A stretch of DNA of 64,000 nt from Octopus sinensis (GCF_006345805.1 NC_042997.1:121644001-121708000), one strand, 5' to 3'. Numbered from the stretch's first letter, positions 38,351-52,395 are shown. Translations and numbers: made by a program. Notes: generated by a model not told the origin, from the letters alone.

Positions 38351-39069
38351 GGACAGACGAAGGGATTATGTCGATTACATCGACTCCAGTGCGTAACTGG
38401 TATTTATTTAATCGACCCTCTGCAGAATTTGAACTAAACTCAGAATGTAACGGCAGACGAAATACCTATTTCTTTACTAACCACAATGGGCTAAACACAG
38501 AGAGGACAAACAAGGACAGACAAACGCATTAAGCCGATTATATCGACCCCAGTGCGTTACTGGTACCTATTTAATCGACCCCGAAAGGATGAAAGGCAAA
38601 CTCGACCTCGGCGGAATTTGAACTCAGAACGTAGCGACAGACGAAATACCTATTTCTTTGCTAACCACAAGGGGTTAACCACAGAGAGGACATACAAGGA
38701 CAGACAAATGGATTAAGTCGATTACATCGACCCCAGTGCGTAACTGGTACTTATTTAATCGATTCCGAAAGGATGAAAGGCAAAGTCGATCACAACGGAA
38801 TTTGAACTCAGGCCGTAACGGCAGACGAAATACCTTTTTCTAGTTCTTTACTACCCACAAGGGGCTAAACACAGAGGGGACAAACAAGGACAGACAAACG
38901 GATTAAGTCGATTATATCGACCCCAGTGCGTAACTGGTACTTGATTTATCGACCCCGAAAGGATGAAAGGCAATGTCGACCTCGGCGTAATTTGAACTCA
39001 GAACGTAACAGTAGAAGAAATACTAAGCATTTCGCCCGGCGTGCTAACGGTTTCTGTCAGCTCGCCGCC
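38351..39069 (-). mobile_element. Four-unit multimer of SINE family B
   Basis: B-boxes near 38428, 38617, 38800 and 38990; full head only on the 5'-most unit. Confidence 0.85.
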
Positions 39070-39735
39070 CTAAGAAAATATTTGAAAATAGCGAGCAATA
39101 AATTATGGGAGATTTATATTGTGCAAAAGGGTAAGTTTGCAATAACAATAATTGTAATAGAAAACAATAAACAGAGCTAACACTGCAGAACAAAATAAGA
39201 ATAAGAAAGTGGAGAAACTCGGGAGAGATATGTATAGTGCAGAATCGGGAAAATAGCTAAATCAAGGAGGAAGGCAAGATGAGGATATTCCGAACTATTA
39301 AGTGACCCACTGCAAGTGCCTCACATAGAGAGATGCTTCAGAGAAACTGTGCTTTTTGTAGTTGCACTGAAGAACACAGACTTATATATGTGTGAGAATG
39401 TGTATATGTGTATATGTCTGTGTGTAAGTTTTGTGTGTATAATCTGTGACATTATATAGTTTCATTGATACTATCAGTTATCTGTCTACTGTGATCAAAT
39501 TCTGTTCGGCTTGCAACTTTAATTCCATTATAGACTCACTAAGAGCAAATATAAGTAAGCCAGGAAGTTAACGAGATCAAATTAATAGAATGTTGGCGGA
39601 GAAGGTGATTGCAATGGTTTAGATAACAATACGATGTTGACTGCAATGAAAACCGCGGCGACCAATATTAACGGTGACGAACACATCTCCCCAACCTCTA
39701 TTACCCAACTAATTTGTTTTCTTTTTCTTCCTCAG

Positions 39736-39777
39736 CAGACTCCATTTAAATCCGTGGAAATAGATGCTATCATTAAG
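39736..39777 (+). CDS. Candidate 42-nt exon (phase 0-0), QTPFKSVEIDAIIK
   Basis: ctaatttgttttctttttcttcctcag|cag NAGNAG acceptor, AAG|GTAATT donor; only phase 0 is open; spacing resembles the QTxFxxxE(L/I)xx(L/I) helix preceding EF1 in NCS/KChIP/calaxin-type proteins. Confidence 0.45.
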
Positions 39778-41174
39778 GTAATTTGATGATGCGCGAGTAA
39801 TTGTTAATGGTGTTAGGTTAGTTAAGACTAATGGCTGCGAATTTCATGTCTAGTAGTGGTCGCTCACCATTCAGCTTAAAATTTGCATTACGCCTATATT
39901 TCTATTGTCTTTTTTCCTCTTCTTTATTTTGCCTCTTAGTATTTTTAGGCTTCAATTTAGCTATAATCAATATATGTTTACACCAGTAGACAGTGAAAGC
40001 TCAAATTTTAAAGCATTCATTGACAGTAAAATTCAAATAGAATCCTCTCAACTGATCAAAATGACTGTTCTGTGTTCGGAATGTTATAAGTAAATCATTC
40101 TTAGTGAGACACTGAAATTCACGTCGCTCGGGTAACAGACAGAATACGTATATTCTGTTTATTTTTTTATAAAGATATATATATAGTTGTCTGTTTTTTT
40201 AAAACGAAATATATTCCACTATACTTGTGTGATGTCTATCTTGTACAGTTTAACATTTACATATAAGCTGCATTAACAGGTGGATATCGGAGCTAAAAGA
40301 AAAAAATAGCGTATATGTTAATTTGAAGAGAGAAAAATACTGAAATATATAGAGTTAATACGCCAGACATAAATGTAATCTACACTGTATGTTCAGATAT
40401 ATACAAAGAAAACCGAAATAATCATATAAAAAAAATCGAATTTTGTCTTTACTTTGTGATTTTGTTTGTTTTTCTTCAAAACGACTGGGTTGATCGAATA
40501 AGCGTTTATAATATATCAAGATCGATTGCAACTACTTCAAAAATATCGCCTACAGAAGTGGGTGTTCCAAATACTTTAAGACAATACCTATTGAAAACGA
40601 TTTTGGAAGTTTGCAGGCATCTACTGTTGTTTTATTATTAAAGCTATACAAATATTTTCTGAAACTATTCCAATATTCATTGTCAACTTTGTTTAATAAA
40701 TTTTTATTTTAATTATATAGATGATATAAACATTATTTAATAATACTTAACAATAATTGAAACTGCAAATCATATAAAAATTAAATGCTTGAAATTGTGT
40801 TAAAAGCTGTTGATATCGTATAAAACATGAAGACTTTACGAAAGATCTTTTAATATCTTAATAGGTATGGCGTCTAATATTTCCTTCCTAGAAAGTTCTA
40901 CATATGAAATATATGATACGTAGTATTTAATAATAGGAGCGACATATTAAGCGACTAAAATCAAATTAGAGGGGCTTTCAATATTTTCTTTGTAGATTGT
41001 AGGTTGTATAGCTTATTTTTTTAATCCAAAGGTGTGAAACACGCACCTTAAATTGTTAATCATGTCAATATGACAGAGAGAAATGCTCCCCCACAAGAAA
41101 ACGCTCGCATTAAAACATACTAACAAACGTATACATGTACATATGTGTGTTCAAGTAAGCATACATAACCACAA

Positions 41175-41591
41175 GGCGGTGAGCTGGCAGAAACGTTAGC
41201 ACGCCGGGCGAAATGCGTAGCCGTATTTTGTCTGCCGTTACGTTCTGAGTTCAAATTCCGCCGAGGTCCATATTGCCTTTCATCCTTTCGGGGTCGATTA
41301 AATAAGTACCAGTTACGCACTGGGGTCGATATAATTGACTTAATACCTTTGTCTGCCCTTGTTTGTCCCCTCTATGTTTAGCCCCTTGCGGGTAATAAAA
41401 TAATAAATATTTCGTCTGCCGTTACGTTCTGAGTTCAAAGTACGCTGAGGTCGACTTTGCCTTTCATCCTTTCTGAGGTCGATAAATTAAGTACTAGTTT
41501 CGCACTGGGGTCGATGCAATCGACTTAATCCGTTCGTCTGTCCTTGATTGTCCTCTCTGTGTTTAGCCCCTTGTGGGTAGTAAAGAAATAG
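41175..41591 (+). mobile_element. Family B SINE dimer with an 18-bp target-site duplication
   Basis: GTAAGCATACATAACCAC at 41155-41172 and 41592-41609. Confidence 0.92.
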
Positions 41592-41689
41592 GTAAGCATA
41601 CATAACCACCTATATATAAATCTGTTTGTGCGTGCGTCCATGGCGCGCGTACGTCCGTGGAGCGTGCGCGCATGTGTGTATGTATGTGT

Positions 41690-41900
41690 GTAAGGTGCGT
41701 GGTCAAGTGGTTAGGGTGTTACGCGCACGCTCGAAAAGTCGTAGTTTCGATGTCGAGACCGACGGTGCGTTTTGTTCTTGACTAAAAGACTCCACTTATC
41801 GTTGCTGCAGTCCACTCAGCTGCAGGTGAGTAATCCTGCTACAGGCTGGTGTTCCGTTCGGGGTGGATGTTGGACTGCTCGCCTAACCACCTTGCTGGCA
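41690..41900 (+). mobile_element. Family C SINE, degenerate
   Basis: GTGGTCAAGTGGTTAGGG head and CAGTCCACTCAGCTG body. Confidence 0.6.
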
Positions 41901-42223
41901 TCGTTTGAAAGTTATAACAATTGGAGAAAGCACATTATAACCAGCATGCGTGTATGCATGTATGTATGTATGTATGTATGTACGTACGTACGTATGTATG
42001 TATGTATGTACGTATGTACGTACGCACGCGCACGCACGCACGTATTACATGTAATAACCAGCTTGTCTATCAATAACAAACGCGCCTGAAACAGCTATAG
42101 TGAACCAAAACCCATTTTTGTGCTCCCTTCCTTTCTCTCTCTGTCTCTGTCTCTCTCTCACTCTATCTATCTATCTATCTATCTATCTATGTATATCAAC
42201 ATATCTATCTATCTATCTATCTA

Positions 42224-42316
<93 letters not shown>

Positions 42317-42609
42317 TATATATATATATATATATATACACACACATACGTACATGATGAGATTTGTTCGGCACGGCGCTCTAGTCGAGGTCACTTGCTC
42401 AAGATAGTACGCTGTGGACTTGAAACTGGAATTATATAGATGGTAAGCAAATTTCGTACACCAACACCTACGTCTATATACACACACACACGCACGCACA
42501 CACACACACACACACACACACAATAAGCAATTAGAAATGTTTTGCCTATACAGACGGAGTTAATACGATATATATAATGAATGCGAAACAGACACACACA
42601 CATATTTTC

Positions 42610-42640
<31 letters not shown>

Positions 42641-43356
42641 GGTGTTTAGCATTCGAAATTTATTTGAACATCTGACATTAAAAAAAGAAATGCAACATTT
42701 TCAGTATAGATTTTGTGGGTTTAGTTCAGCAGCTTTCGACACCAACTATCCAGCAGCGCAGTCGAGAATATTATTTTGTATTTGTTCGTTGCAATGGGAA
42801 AAAATTAATGCGTCGAACAGAATACTTTTTGCTGTATTCTGTAATGGCGGTTTCCGCCTTGACTTCAAATTCCACTGATATCTTCTTTGCCTTTCACTGC
42901 TCTATAAAGTACCAATCGCATACAGGACTCAATGTAATTGACTGTTATATCCTCAGAATCAGAAAAGCAAAAAAAAAGAATGAAAAGAATTGGGTTCCCA
43001 TCAATGGATACATCTGTTAAGCAGTTGACTTTATTCAATCACATTTGCGCATAGAGAAATCAGGCAATGTAAGATGCGCTGAAAAGTGCATCCAACATTG
43101 CCTTATATACAAGACATAAAAGTGCAGTGTTACGGGCTTTACATGGCGATATTAGTTGAGAGAAGAAGGAGAAAGAAGGAAAGAGAGAGGGAGAAAGCGG
43201 GAGGATGAAAGAGGGAGAAGGTGAGGGAGCGAGAGAAGTGTTTTTTTTTTCCTTTACAATAAATAATACCTTTGAGTTGGGAATAGGAGTGTGTGAATAT
43301 TTGATTAATTAGGTTTAGGCGAAACGCGAATATAATCCAAATTCTCTTTCTCCCCC

Positions 43357-43486
<130 letters not shown>

Positions 43487-44704
43487 TGCAAACGTTGTGG
43501 AAAGATACCGTTCTAAACGTGCCCGCTAGAGGATGGCTTTTTTTTTTCACATATCCGCCCATTCCACATCGGTTTTTTTTTTTTGTAGGCATAGAAATGA
43601 TAAAGTAGATTAGCGGTGTAGACTGAAGGATATCAAAAGAAAATATGTATACACGCAATACCTGCATACCTATTTCAGACAGTCTATCAAGATATTTATT
43701 CATACAAATATTTCTTCTGTTTCACGTGCCTAATATATATCCCTTAGCAATCATATGAACAAATGTATTTATGTAGATTATTACATTGATATTATGTTTT
43801 GCAACCGGATACCAAATATCTGCTTTATGCATGTATCTATGTATGTATGCATGTGTGTAGATATATATATAATATATGTGTGTTAGTGTGTGTATGTGTG
43901 TGCTTGTGATCAATCGTGATCTTCAGTTGAAAACAAATCATACTCTACTATGAATGAAAGGGTCTGTGTTTTAAGGACGACCGTACTATTAAACGATAAC
44001 CATGTCTCAGGGTTACCTATAAAATCAATAACACTTCTCACTCATCAGATGTGCATGATATGGAACTTTACTGCACACTGCAACAAAGGGGAAATATAGA
44101 ATTCAGAAAAATGGCGGTGACGTTGTGCATACAAAGATTTACGAGAAAAGGAAAAATTATCTTTTATAGTAAAATACTACCATTGTTTAGAGTTAATAAT
44201 GCGGGATTGATAATCATTAGGTTCTATTTATCGGAGGCCCTACGTAAGGGATTTCTGTTGACTATGTGTGATTTGTACATTGACAGTCCATAGTTTGTGT
44301 TTAGGGATTCCAACTAAGACAACCTATATAAACAAAAGAATGACTTTATGCAGCTTTTCAAATCCTCTGAGATTAGTATGACGATAGAGATCAATCTGAC
44401 CACAATCAGATATGACACTAAATACAGTTACTAGTTCATAGCAACTTTACCACAAGTCCAAAGAGAAGTTCTATTGCATTAAGAACAGATCTAACCACCC
44501 ATACATGGTGTTTAAAAACAAAGTTAAGATTGGAAGCAGGGTAGATCCGAGGTCTACCTTTTACTTAGGAGATCTTCAACTGAGAGGCTTCCTATTATTA
44601 CAACACCCAAGCGGTAAGCAGATATAAGATCCCATACACGTTCAACTCGAAACCAACAAAAATTTAACCGTACGCGATATGGTTCACACTCACTTAGTAT
44701 GAAT

Positions 44705-44925
44705 TAAAAGCGGTGAGCGACCAGAATCGTTACCGCACCGGGCAAAATGCTAAGCTTCATTTCGGCTAACTTTTCCTTCTAAATTCAAAATTCAGCCGGG
44801 GTCGACTTTGATTTTTATCCTCTCGGGGTCGATAAAAGAAGTACCACTCCAGTACTGGAATCGATCTAATCGACTTACACCATCCCACTAACTTGCTGGC
44901 CTTACGCCAAAATTTGAAACCAACA
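44705..44925 (+). mobile_element. Family B SINE nested in the Penelope fossil
   Basis: Match to family B consensus. Confidence 0.8.
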
Positions 44926-44967
44926 TTAAGTCCAGTATATGTAAGGCCTTCCAACTTTTGTTGATAT

Positions 44968-45380
44968 AGGCGTAGGAGTGGCTGTGTGGTAAGTAGCTTG
45001 CTTACCAACCACATGGTTCTGGGTTCACTCCCACTGCGTGGCACCTTGGGTGTCTTCTATTATAGCCTCGGGCCGACCGAAGCCTTGTGAGTGGATTTGG
45101 TAGACGGAAACTGAAAGAAGCCCGTCGTATATATGTATATATATATGTGTGTGTGTTTGTGTGTATCTTCGTGTTTGTGTCTGTGTTTGTCCCCCCCCCC
45201 AAATCACTTGAAAACCGATGCTGGTGTGTTTATGTCTCCGTAACCTAGCGGTTCAGCAAAAGAAACCGAACGAATAAGTACTAATCTTACAAAGAATATG
45301 TCCTGGGGTCGATTAGCTCGACTAAAGGCGGTGCTCCAGGATGGCCGCAGACAAATGACTAAAAGAAGTAAAAGAGTACA
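44968..45380 (+). mobile_element. Family A SINE nested in the Penelope fossil
   Basis: Full length; GATATA on both flanks is a possible TSD. Confidence 0.88.
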
Positions 45381-48009
45381 GAGATATACAATTTCATCCT
45401 GCTCATAGGTTTCGAAAACATTTTAATAGTAAAACGCGTACACAGCATGGGGAGTATTTTTTCACACAAGTCCCTCCTAAACACTGAGGCTGGTGGTTCT
45501 TACAAGGCGACCAATACTTACCTACTCCATATTATTTGCAATAAAGAAGCAATTCTGTATGGGGCTCAGGCCAAACCCTGACGGTACTATGATGCAACCA
45601 GTAGAAAGCGATATATTTGAATGAATGAAAGCCCCTTCAAGACGCGCCTACACAGCTGGTAATTTCGAAAATGGAACAGCCCAAAGACTAATGGCAGCTG
45701 AAGACTTTTATTGACATCAAATGTTGGTGTAATGCATGATTTTGTCCAACTGTAGCAGGAACGTAGATTGTGTTTGACGGAGTCGAGACAGATACTAAGA
45801 GCTGCTTGACCCCCAGAGTATATCAAAATGCCAAGTGAGAAATTTCATTCCTTGCATATAACAGAAGTACATTTTAAAATACTAGTCCAAGCCGTCTTGA
45901 CACGCTTGCTCTCACACACTCACCATTACATACAGCGGTTAATCCTACGTTCAGTTATTGATACTTATAAACCGGTATGCCTCTTCTCTGTATTTCTCTC
46001 TTTCCAACACCTCTCTCTATATCCCTGAGTAAGTCCTCTTTCTCCCTCTGTCGGTCTCTTTCTGTCCATTTCTTCTCTCTTCTCTCTATAAACTTATGAT
46101 GTTCAGTCACTTCTGATATGATTTTCTAAGTTGACCTATGCATGATAAGGGACTTGTGATTCTTCACTTCTCGAACAGGAGTTATCAATCCAGAACTACT
46201 AACAGCAAAGTATGATATTGCTTTCTTTTATTAAGATATAAGTTTCTTTTCTAGAAAGTCTTTCCAAGCATCCATGTTGTTTTTGTAGTTTTTGATTTAG
46301 ATCAACGACCTTCCCATCCAATGCACCATACGCATCGTTTGCGTGACGATGAACACGACTCATCAGATACGAAAGCTATGGATCTAATAAAAAAAATAAT
46401 TACATATATATTTGCGTACGCAACTAATACTAAACGAAATGATTGTTTTAAAATTTAGAATAAATTACAATATTCTCCAAGATTTCATTTTTCATATATG
46501 TTAATATAAATGGTGGTGTTTAGTTTCCTTTTATTGTGTATGAAAATTAAATCGTGTTACATTAGGAACTTGAGAGACTCAATGTCCCCTACATCATCAG
46601 AATATCTATTAGAAATATCAGTGAAATTTGTCTGAGACCACACCCTAAGACAGCTGACAATATGCTCCCATATCTAATATGTTTAGAAAAAAAAAGTGCG
46701 TGACGGTGAGGGTCGAATGGGTTTGATAATGGAACTGTGTGATCAGTGATACACTGGGGATAAACGACTATGGATTCTGTATTTCTCTGTTCTTTTCTTT
46801 TCTTACTGAATATTTTAAAATTATATTTTCTTTTTGCCGCATCCTAAAATAATACTTTAAAAGTAATGCAAAATTATATTTCCAATGTAAACTTCGATAA
46901 TGGTGCATGCATTTTAAAGATTTCTATTAAAATGTTGTTTTTATTTCTATAAAATGTAAATATGGAGAATCACAGTGTATTTTCCAAGAAAAATGGGAGT
47001 GTATTTATAACATGAAGTGTTATGTGAAATACCGAAACAAAAATAGACTCTTGTGTGCTTCCAATTACTTAAGGAAAGAATTTACGCAAATTATACGTAT
47101 TTAATCAAACAACATTAAAGAGTAAATGAAAACGTAGAAAAGACTCTAAAAAGCATTAATTTTAAGTCGTAATATGTATAAGAGAAATACTTATGAGGTC
47201 GCTTTAAAACATTTACAACGAGAAAAATAGTTAGGGAACTTAGAAGTGTTTAATTACAACATAAATTAAAAGATGTATTGATGCTGATGATGATGCAAAA
47301 TCAGAAGTAATTTTGAAAATATGTGATTTCCTAAAAGTAGCTTCATTTCATTATTCCACAGAAATTCAAAAATATGCGAGTGAATGAGATCATGTTGATT
47401 GGAACACATTCCTTAAAATTTGTCTTTTTTCTTTCTATGAAAATCCATAAATATTCAGTGTTCTGTGTATGAACCTCATCACGTAGATCGACGAAATTCT
47501 TACAATGTGTAACAACCGAATATTCACGCTCAGAATATTTAAAGTTTACGGAATCGCGTGAAAAAGAATTTTTTAAAGAATTGGTGCTACAGGAGATGTT
47601 ATGTTTTAGCAATACATTTTTGAATTTCCCTGGCGTGACAAAATAAAGCGATTACAAGGAAATTACATCTAACGCTAATCTCTATTGACTTTCATTACGT
47701 TTCATTATTAATGCTGTGCATAATTAATATATTCGTCATACAACTCCACATCTATGATAAAGTCATCTTTTTTTACTATTATTTAAACTGCGCATGATAA
47801 TTGAAAACTTGTTCTTTTCGTGTTTATGTATAAACTACTGCAATCCTGCAATGCTGATAGAAAAAAAAACCTTAGAAGATACTCAGGAATACACTCCATT
47901 TCTGTTAACTATCGTAATTTTGATCTGCAACAATTTTGGACTAGATACAGTGTGTCGAAAAAAAGTAATGAATTTCTTAGTGAAACACACACGCTCACAT
48001 AGATATATT

Positions 48010-48249
48010 CTCTTTCACTCTTTTACTTGTTTCAGTCACGTGACTGTGGCCATGCTGGAGCATCGCCTTTAGTCGAGCAAATCAACCCCAGAACTTATTC
48101 TTTGCAAGCTTAGTACTTATTCTATCGGTCTCTTTTGCCGAACCGCTAAGTTACGGGGACGTAAACACACCAGCATCGGTTGTCAAGCGATGTTGGGTTG
48201 ACAAACACAGACACACAAACATATACACATACACACACACATACACACA

Positions 48250-48326
<77 letters not shown>

Positions 48327-48487
48327 CGACGGGTTTCTTTCAGTTTACGTCTACCAAATCCACTCACAAGTCTTTGGTCAGCCTGATGCTATAGCAGAAG
48401 ACACTTGCCCAAGGTGCCACGCAGTGGGACTGAACCCGGAACCATGTGGTTAGTAAGCAAGCTACTTACCCACAGCCACTCCTGCAC
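48010..48487 (-). mobile_element. Family A SINE, full length
   Basis: Reverse complement of family A with an expanded (CA)n. Confidence 0.88.
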
Positions 48488-48689
48488 GTGTACATATATA
48501 TTATCCTATAGATTTATTATGTATGTATGTATGTATATAATCCTATAGATTTATTATGTATGTATGTATGTATGTATGTATGTATGTATGTATGCATGCA
48601 TGTATGTATGTATGTATGTATGTATGTATGTATGTATGTATGTATGTATGTATGTATGTGTGTGTGTATGTATATGTGCAAGTCTGGTA

Positions 48690-49335
48690 TACGCATTGAG
48701 GTAATACAAGTTAAAATGACGTTCGTTCTTCATATCTCTGAAGATAACGAGGTTATCAGCTGTGTACTTTGTGGGTTCTGGTGTGGCTTATTAGGCCAAT
48801 ATTAGCATGAAATCCGCGACTACGTGAGGGCAAGTTATTATCACGACCTGGACACGGAAAAGGATTCTTGTTTTTCTGTAGGATGGTAGGATGTGTAGGA
48901 TGGTTAATGATGTGTATAGCCTGCGACAGCATATCTTATGTAGTTGCGGTGATAAAAACACATTAAAAATCAGAGGGAGACGATAAGTCGTCCGAGAACA
49001 CCAGACAAATTTCGGTCCTTCGAGCCTATTAAATGGTAGCCATTTGCTCGGCCAAAATTTTATCTCTTCCGCGACTAAACCATCGACTGACGTTGCGAAT
49101 AGCAGCATAACTGAAAAGAACTTCGGTATACGTAACAGAAGCAGCTACTTGATATTTGTGATTTCATTGCCTCGTGTTTTCAGCAGTGCCTGGACCAGAA
49201 CGGTCATCAGTTTGACGACAGGGATTCATAAAAATATTTCAGTCTTCTCTGTAGATTGTATTAAATTTCGAAAATGAATGTATTCTTTATATATTTTAAT
49301 CATACAATCTGTGTATACATTTTTGGGACACTGTA
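48690..49335 (+). mobile_element. Tc1/mariner-superfamily fossil (transposase C-terminus and right TIR)
   Basis: PRTPD (cf. WPPRSPD), QLLDICDFIASCFQQCLDQNGHQFD-stop (49142-49231), terminal GTGTATACATTTTTGGGACACTG followed by TA. Confidence 0.65.
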
Positions 49336-49381
49336 TATATATATATATATATATAAATATATTTGTGTGTGTTATGTATAT

Positions 49382-49429
<48 letters not shown>

Positions 49430-50100
49430 ATCCAAACATGAAAACACAAAGAGAAAACACAGCAACGCGAGGACGGGATAAGTATAGCGTTATTGGACGC
49501 TCAGGCAAGGAAAGAAAGAAGGAGGATTTAACGTTTTGAGAGGAGCTCTTCGCCAGAAACACTGAAAAAGAAAAGGTCCAAAAAAAGGGAATACGGAGAA
49601 AGAAAAACGCCAACGATACACACGCGGTCACATATTGAATGACCGGAAGGGAATGGGTGAAGAAAAAGTTCTTTCAAAGAAAAAAGGCAAGAAAACAGCA
49701 AAGAAGGGATTGAAAGTTTTGAAGGAAGGAGTCGAGGTCAGGCATGGAGAGAGGGTGTGAATGTCGGTGTAGGTGTATATGATGGCGACAAAAGGAGAAA
49801 AGTGGAAGTAGAAGAAAAAGGTAAAAAGTGGACGAGAAAAAGTGGAAAAGGCACGGACAAATTTTTTGATGATTTCCAATACATAAATTAAACAAAATGC
49901 GATAAAAAAAAACCAAGGCTGTGAAAGTTTTCAGAATATTTATAAAGAGAAAGTCTTACAGTTGTTTCCGGGATGTTTTATATATCCCTTCATTAGAGAC
50001 GGCACGACAAAATATTTGATAGTTATTATAGAGAAGATATGAAATGCAGAATGAAGTAGCGGAATGAAAACAGATGTGAGATATGGACATATTCTGTATG
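49430..50100 (-). mobile_element. Two adjacent Penelope-like terminal segments, each with a decayed hammerhead
   Basis: Hammerhead-like motifs at 49527-49561 and 49953-50000. Confidence 0.55.
49953..50000 (-). ncRNA. Decayed type I hammerhead ribozyme
   Basis: GUCU-CUAAUGA-A-GGGAU..AUCCC-G-GAAA-CAACUG-UA-AGAC; G5-to-A core change and a broken ACAGCUGU palindrome. Confidence 0.55.
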
Positions 50101-50102
50101 TT

Positions 50103-50165
<63 letters not shown>

Positions 50166-50235
50166 TATATAATATATATATATATATATTAATATATATA
50201 TATATATTATATATATATATATAATATATATATAT

Positions 50236-50318
<83 letters not shown>

Positions 50319-51404
50319 CACATATATGTGTGTGTGTGTGTGTATAAGAGAGAGGGGAAAGGGAGGAGAAAGAGAGTGACAAGGAGATAAGTTTGTTGCT
50401 GAGGTGCTGCTCATATCTCTGTAAAGACTTCGGTTTATCAAAAAAGTTTATTCTCCATATGCAAATATGCCATTTTATAAGCAAACATTTTGCATTCGAT
50501 GTGATGGTAGGTTTGTCTGTCTCACTCTCTCTCTCTCTCTCTCTTTTCCACTCTATCTATCTCTCTTACACACACACACATACACACATACAGACATACA
50601 CAAATACACACACATACAGATATGTATACAAATATACGCATGGCTCGATTACTCAACTATAAAAGAGGAATGCTGCTTGAAATAATCAGTTGAACGAAAT
50701 GTTTCTCAATAAATTACGATAAACGACTGAAACGTATTTCTCAATGTATGTCATAGAGTAAACAATATTCGAATGAATAGAATTTCGAGGAGGTCTGCAT
50801 AACAACAAGATTCTATATATTCAAGTCATGGCTTGAACGAGAACAGGAATAACTTCTATAGCATAAATATTCTTCGCAAAGTCTGGTACACAATAATATT
50901 GAACAATAGTTTTCTATTCATGCGTTGGACTCACACTATGGATAAGATTGCAGAGAGCATAACATAGCTGTAGGAATTTAAATACAACTTGTCTGTTTCT
51001 TTTTGCGCATACAATTCATAATTTCATGGCACTTATATATGCAGTGTATAAATAATGGATTTATAGAGGGATTAAAATTAGACGAACACATGTTTACTAA
51101 CACACACACACAAATTTACATAAATATTTTGCTCACACATGTTCAGCTACATATGTATATATTTATGCATGCATGCATGTATGTATGTATGTATGTATGT
51201 ATGTATGTATGTATGTATGTATGTATGTATGTATGTATGCAAGTATGCATGTATGTATGTATGTGTGGATGGATGGATGCATTTATGCATGTATGTATTT
51301 ATTTATATATTTGTGTATATATATATATATATTTGTATGTGTGTATATATATATGTAAAGTTAATTCAAACATGAAAACACAACACACACACATATATAT
51401 ATCT

Positions 51405-51530
51405 TTTACACTTTCACTTGTTTCAGTCATTTGACTGCGGCCATGCTGGAGCATCGCCTTTATAATCGAGCACATCGACCCCAGAGCCTAGTACTTATTC
51501 TATCAGTCTGTTTCGCCGAACCACTAAGTT
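51405..51530 (-). mobile_element. Family A 3' fragment
   Basis: CTTGTTTCAGTCATTTGACTGCGGCCATGCTGGAGC. Confidence 0.75.
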
Positions 51531-52292
51531 ATCTTGCATTCCAGTATGAATTTCAACATTCTCATACTAAATTATATACAATTTTCACCTTTCTAATCTA
51601 ACTATATGAACTATACTGGAATGCAAGATAATATGACAGATTTTAACTATGAATATTATGGATTATTGCAGAAGAATAACCAATGGATTTAAAGACTCTC
51701 ATCAAAAGTAGTAATTTTTAATTTTTATTTTACATTTCAAACAAACACCATTTTACAAACACCATTTTATAATTTTACTTCAAATTTTAAAATAAACTAT
51801 CATTCGATATATTATACAATATTCATATTTTATATCTCTGGAGAGCAGAAGGGTTGTCTATAAGTGCTTATCAATATAGGATTTCATTATAGAGACAACT
51901 CTTCTGCGAAACGATCGTAAGATGCTTAAATAATTAATTCAAAACTTTTGAACTATCAAATTTACTTTATACATTATATTTATATTTTTATATTTATTTA
52001 TTTATATATATTTTTAATACATTAAGTTCTTTCACGCGGGTATATATTTATGATGAGTTTGGATATTATTTTCCTTATATTATTAATAATAATATATTAT
52101 TTAAAAATATATGTATATATCGCTCGTATTAAATATATAAATACTTTAATAGTATTAATATTTTTATACAATGGAGCACTCAATATAAATTCAGTATATA
52201 ATAATCTTATTGAATATATTTACCTAAAGTTATATATATATATACACAGACACAGACACACACACACACACACACATACACACAGACACACA

Positions 52293-52345
<53 letters not shown>

Positions 52346-52395
52346 TATATATATATATATATATTGGAAGGTTTGGAGATGATGTACAGGTATTA

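Larger units (their letters stand above)
44250..45850 (+). pseudogene. Decayed Penelope-like element (RT thumb to GIY-YIG) interrupted by two SINEs
   Basis: SMTIEINL, RSNHP, AIWF, VDIQFHPAHRFRKHFNSKT, CNKEAILYGA..KRYI-stop-MNESPFKTRLH, RLCLTE, ISKC occur in the expected order. Confidence 0.7.

Noticed and set aside
47356-47636. 13-bp inverted repeat GAAATTCAAAAAT suggesting a MITE
   Set aside because: Short, AT-rich, no clear TSD, single copy in the window
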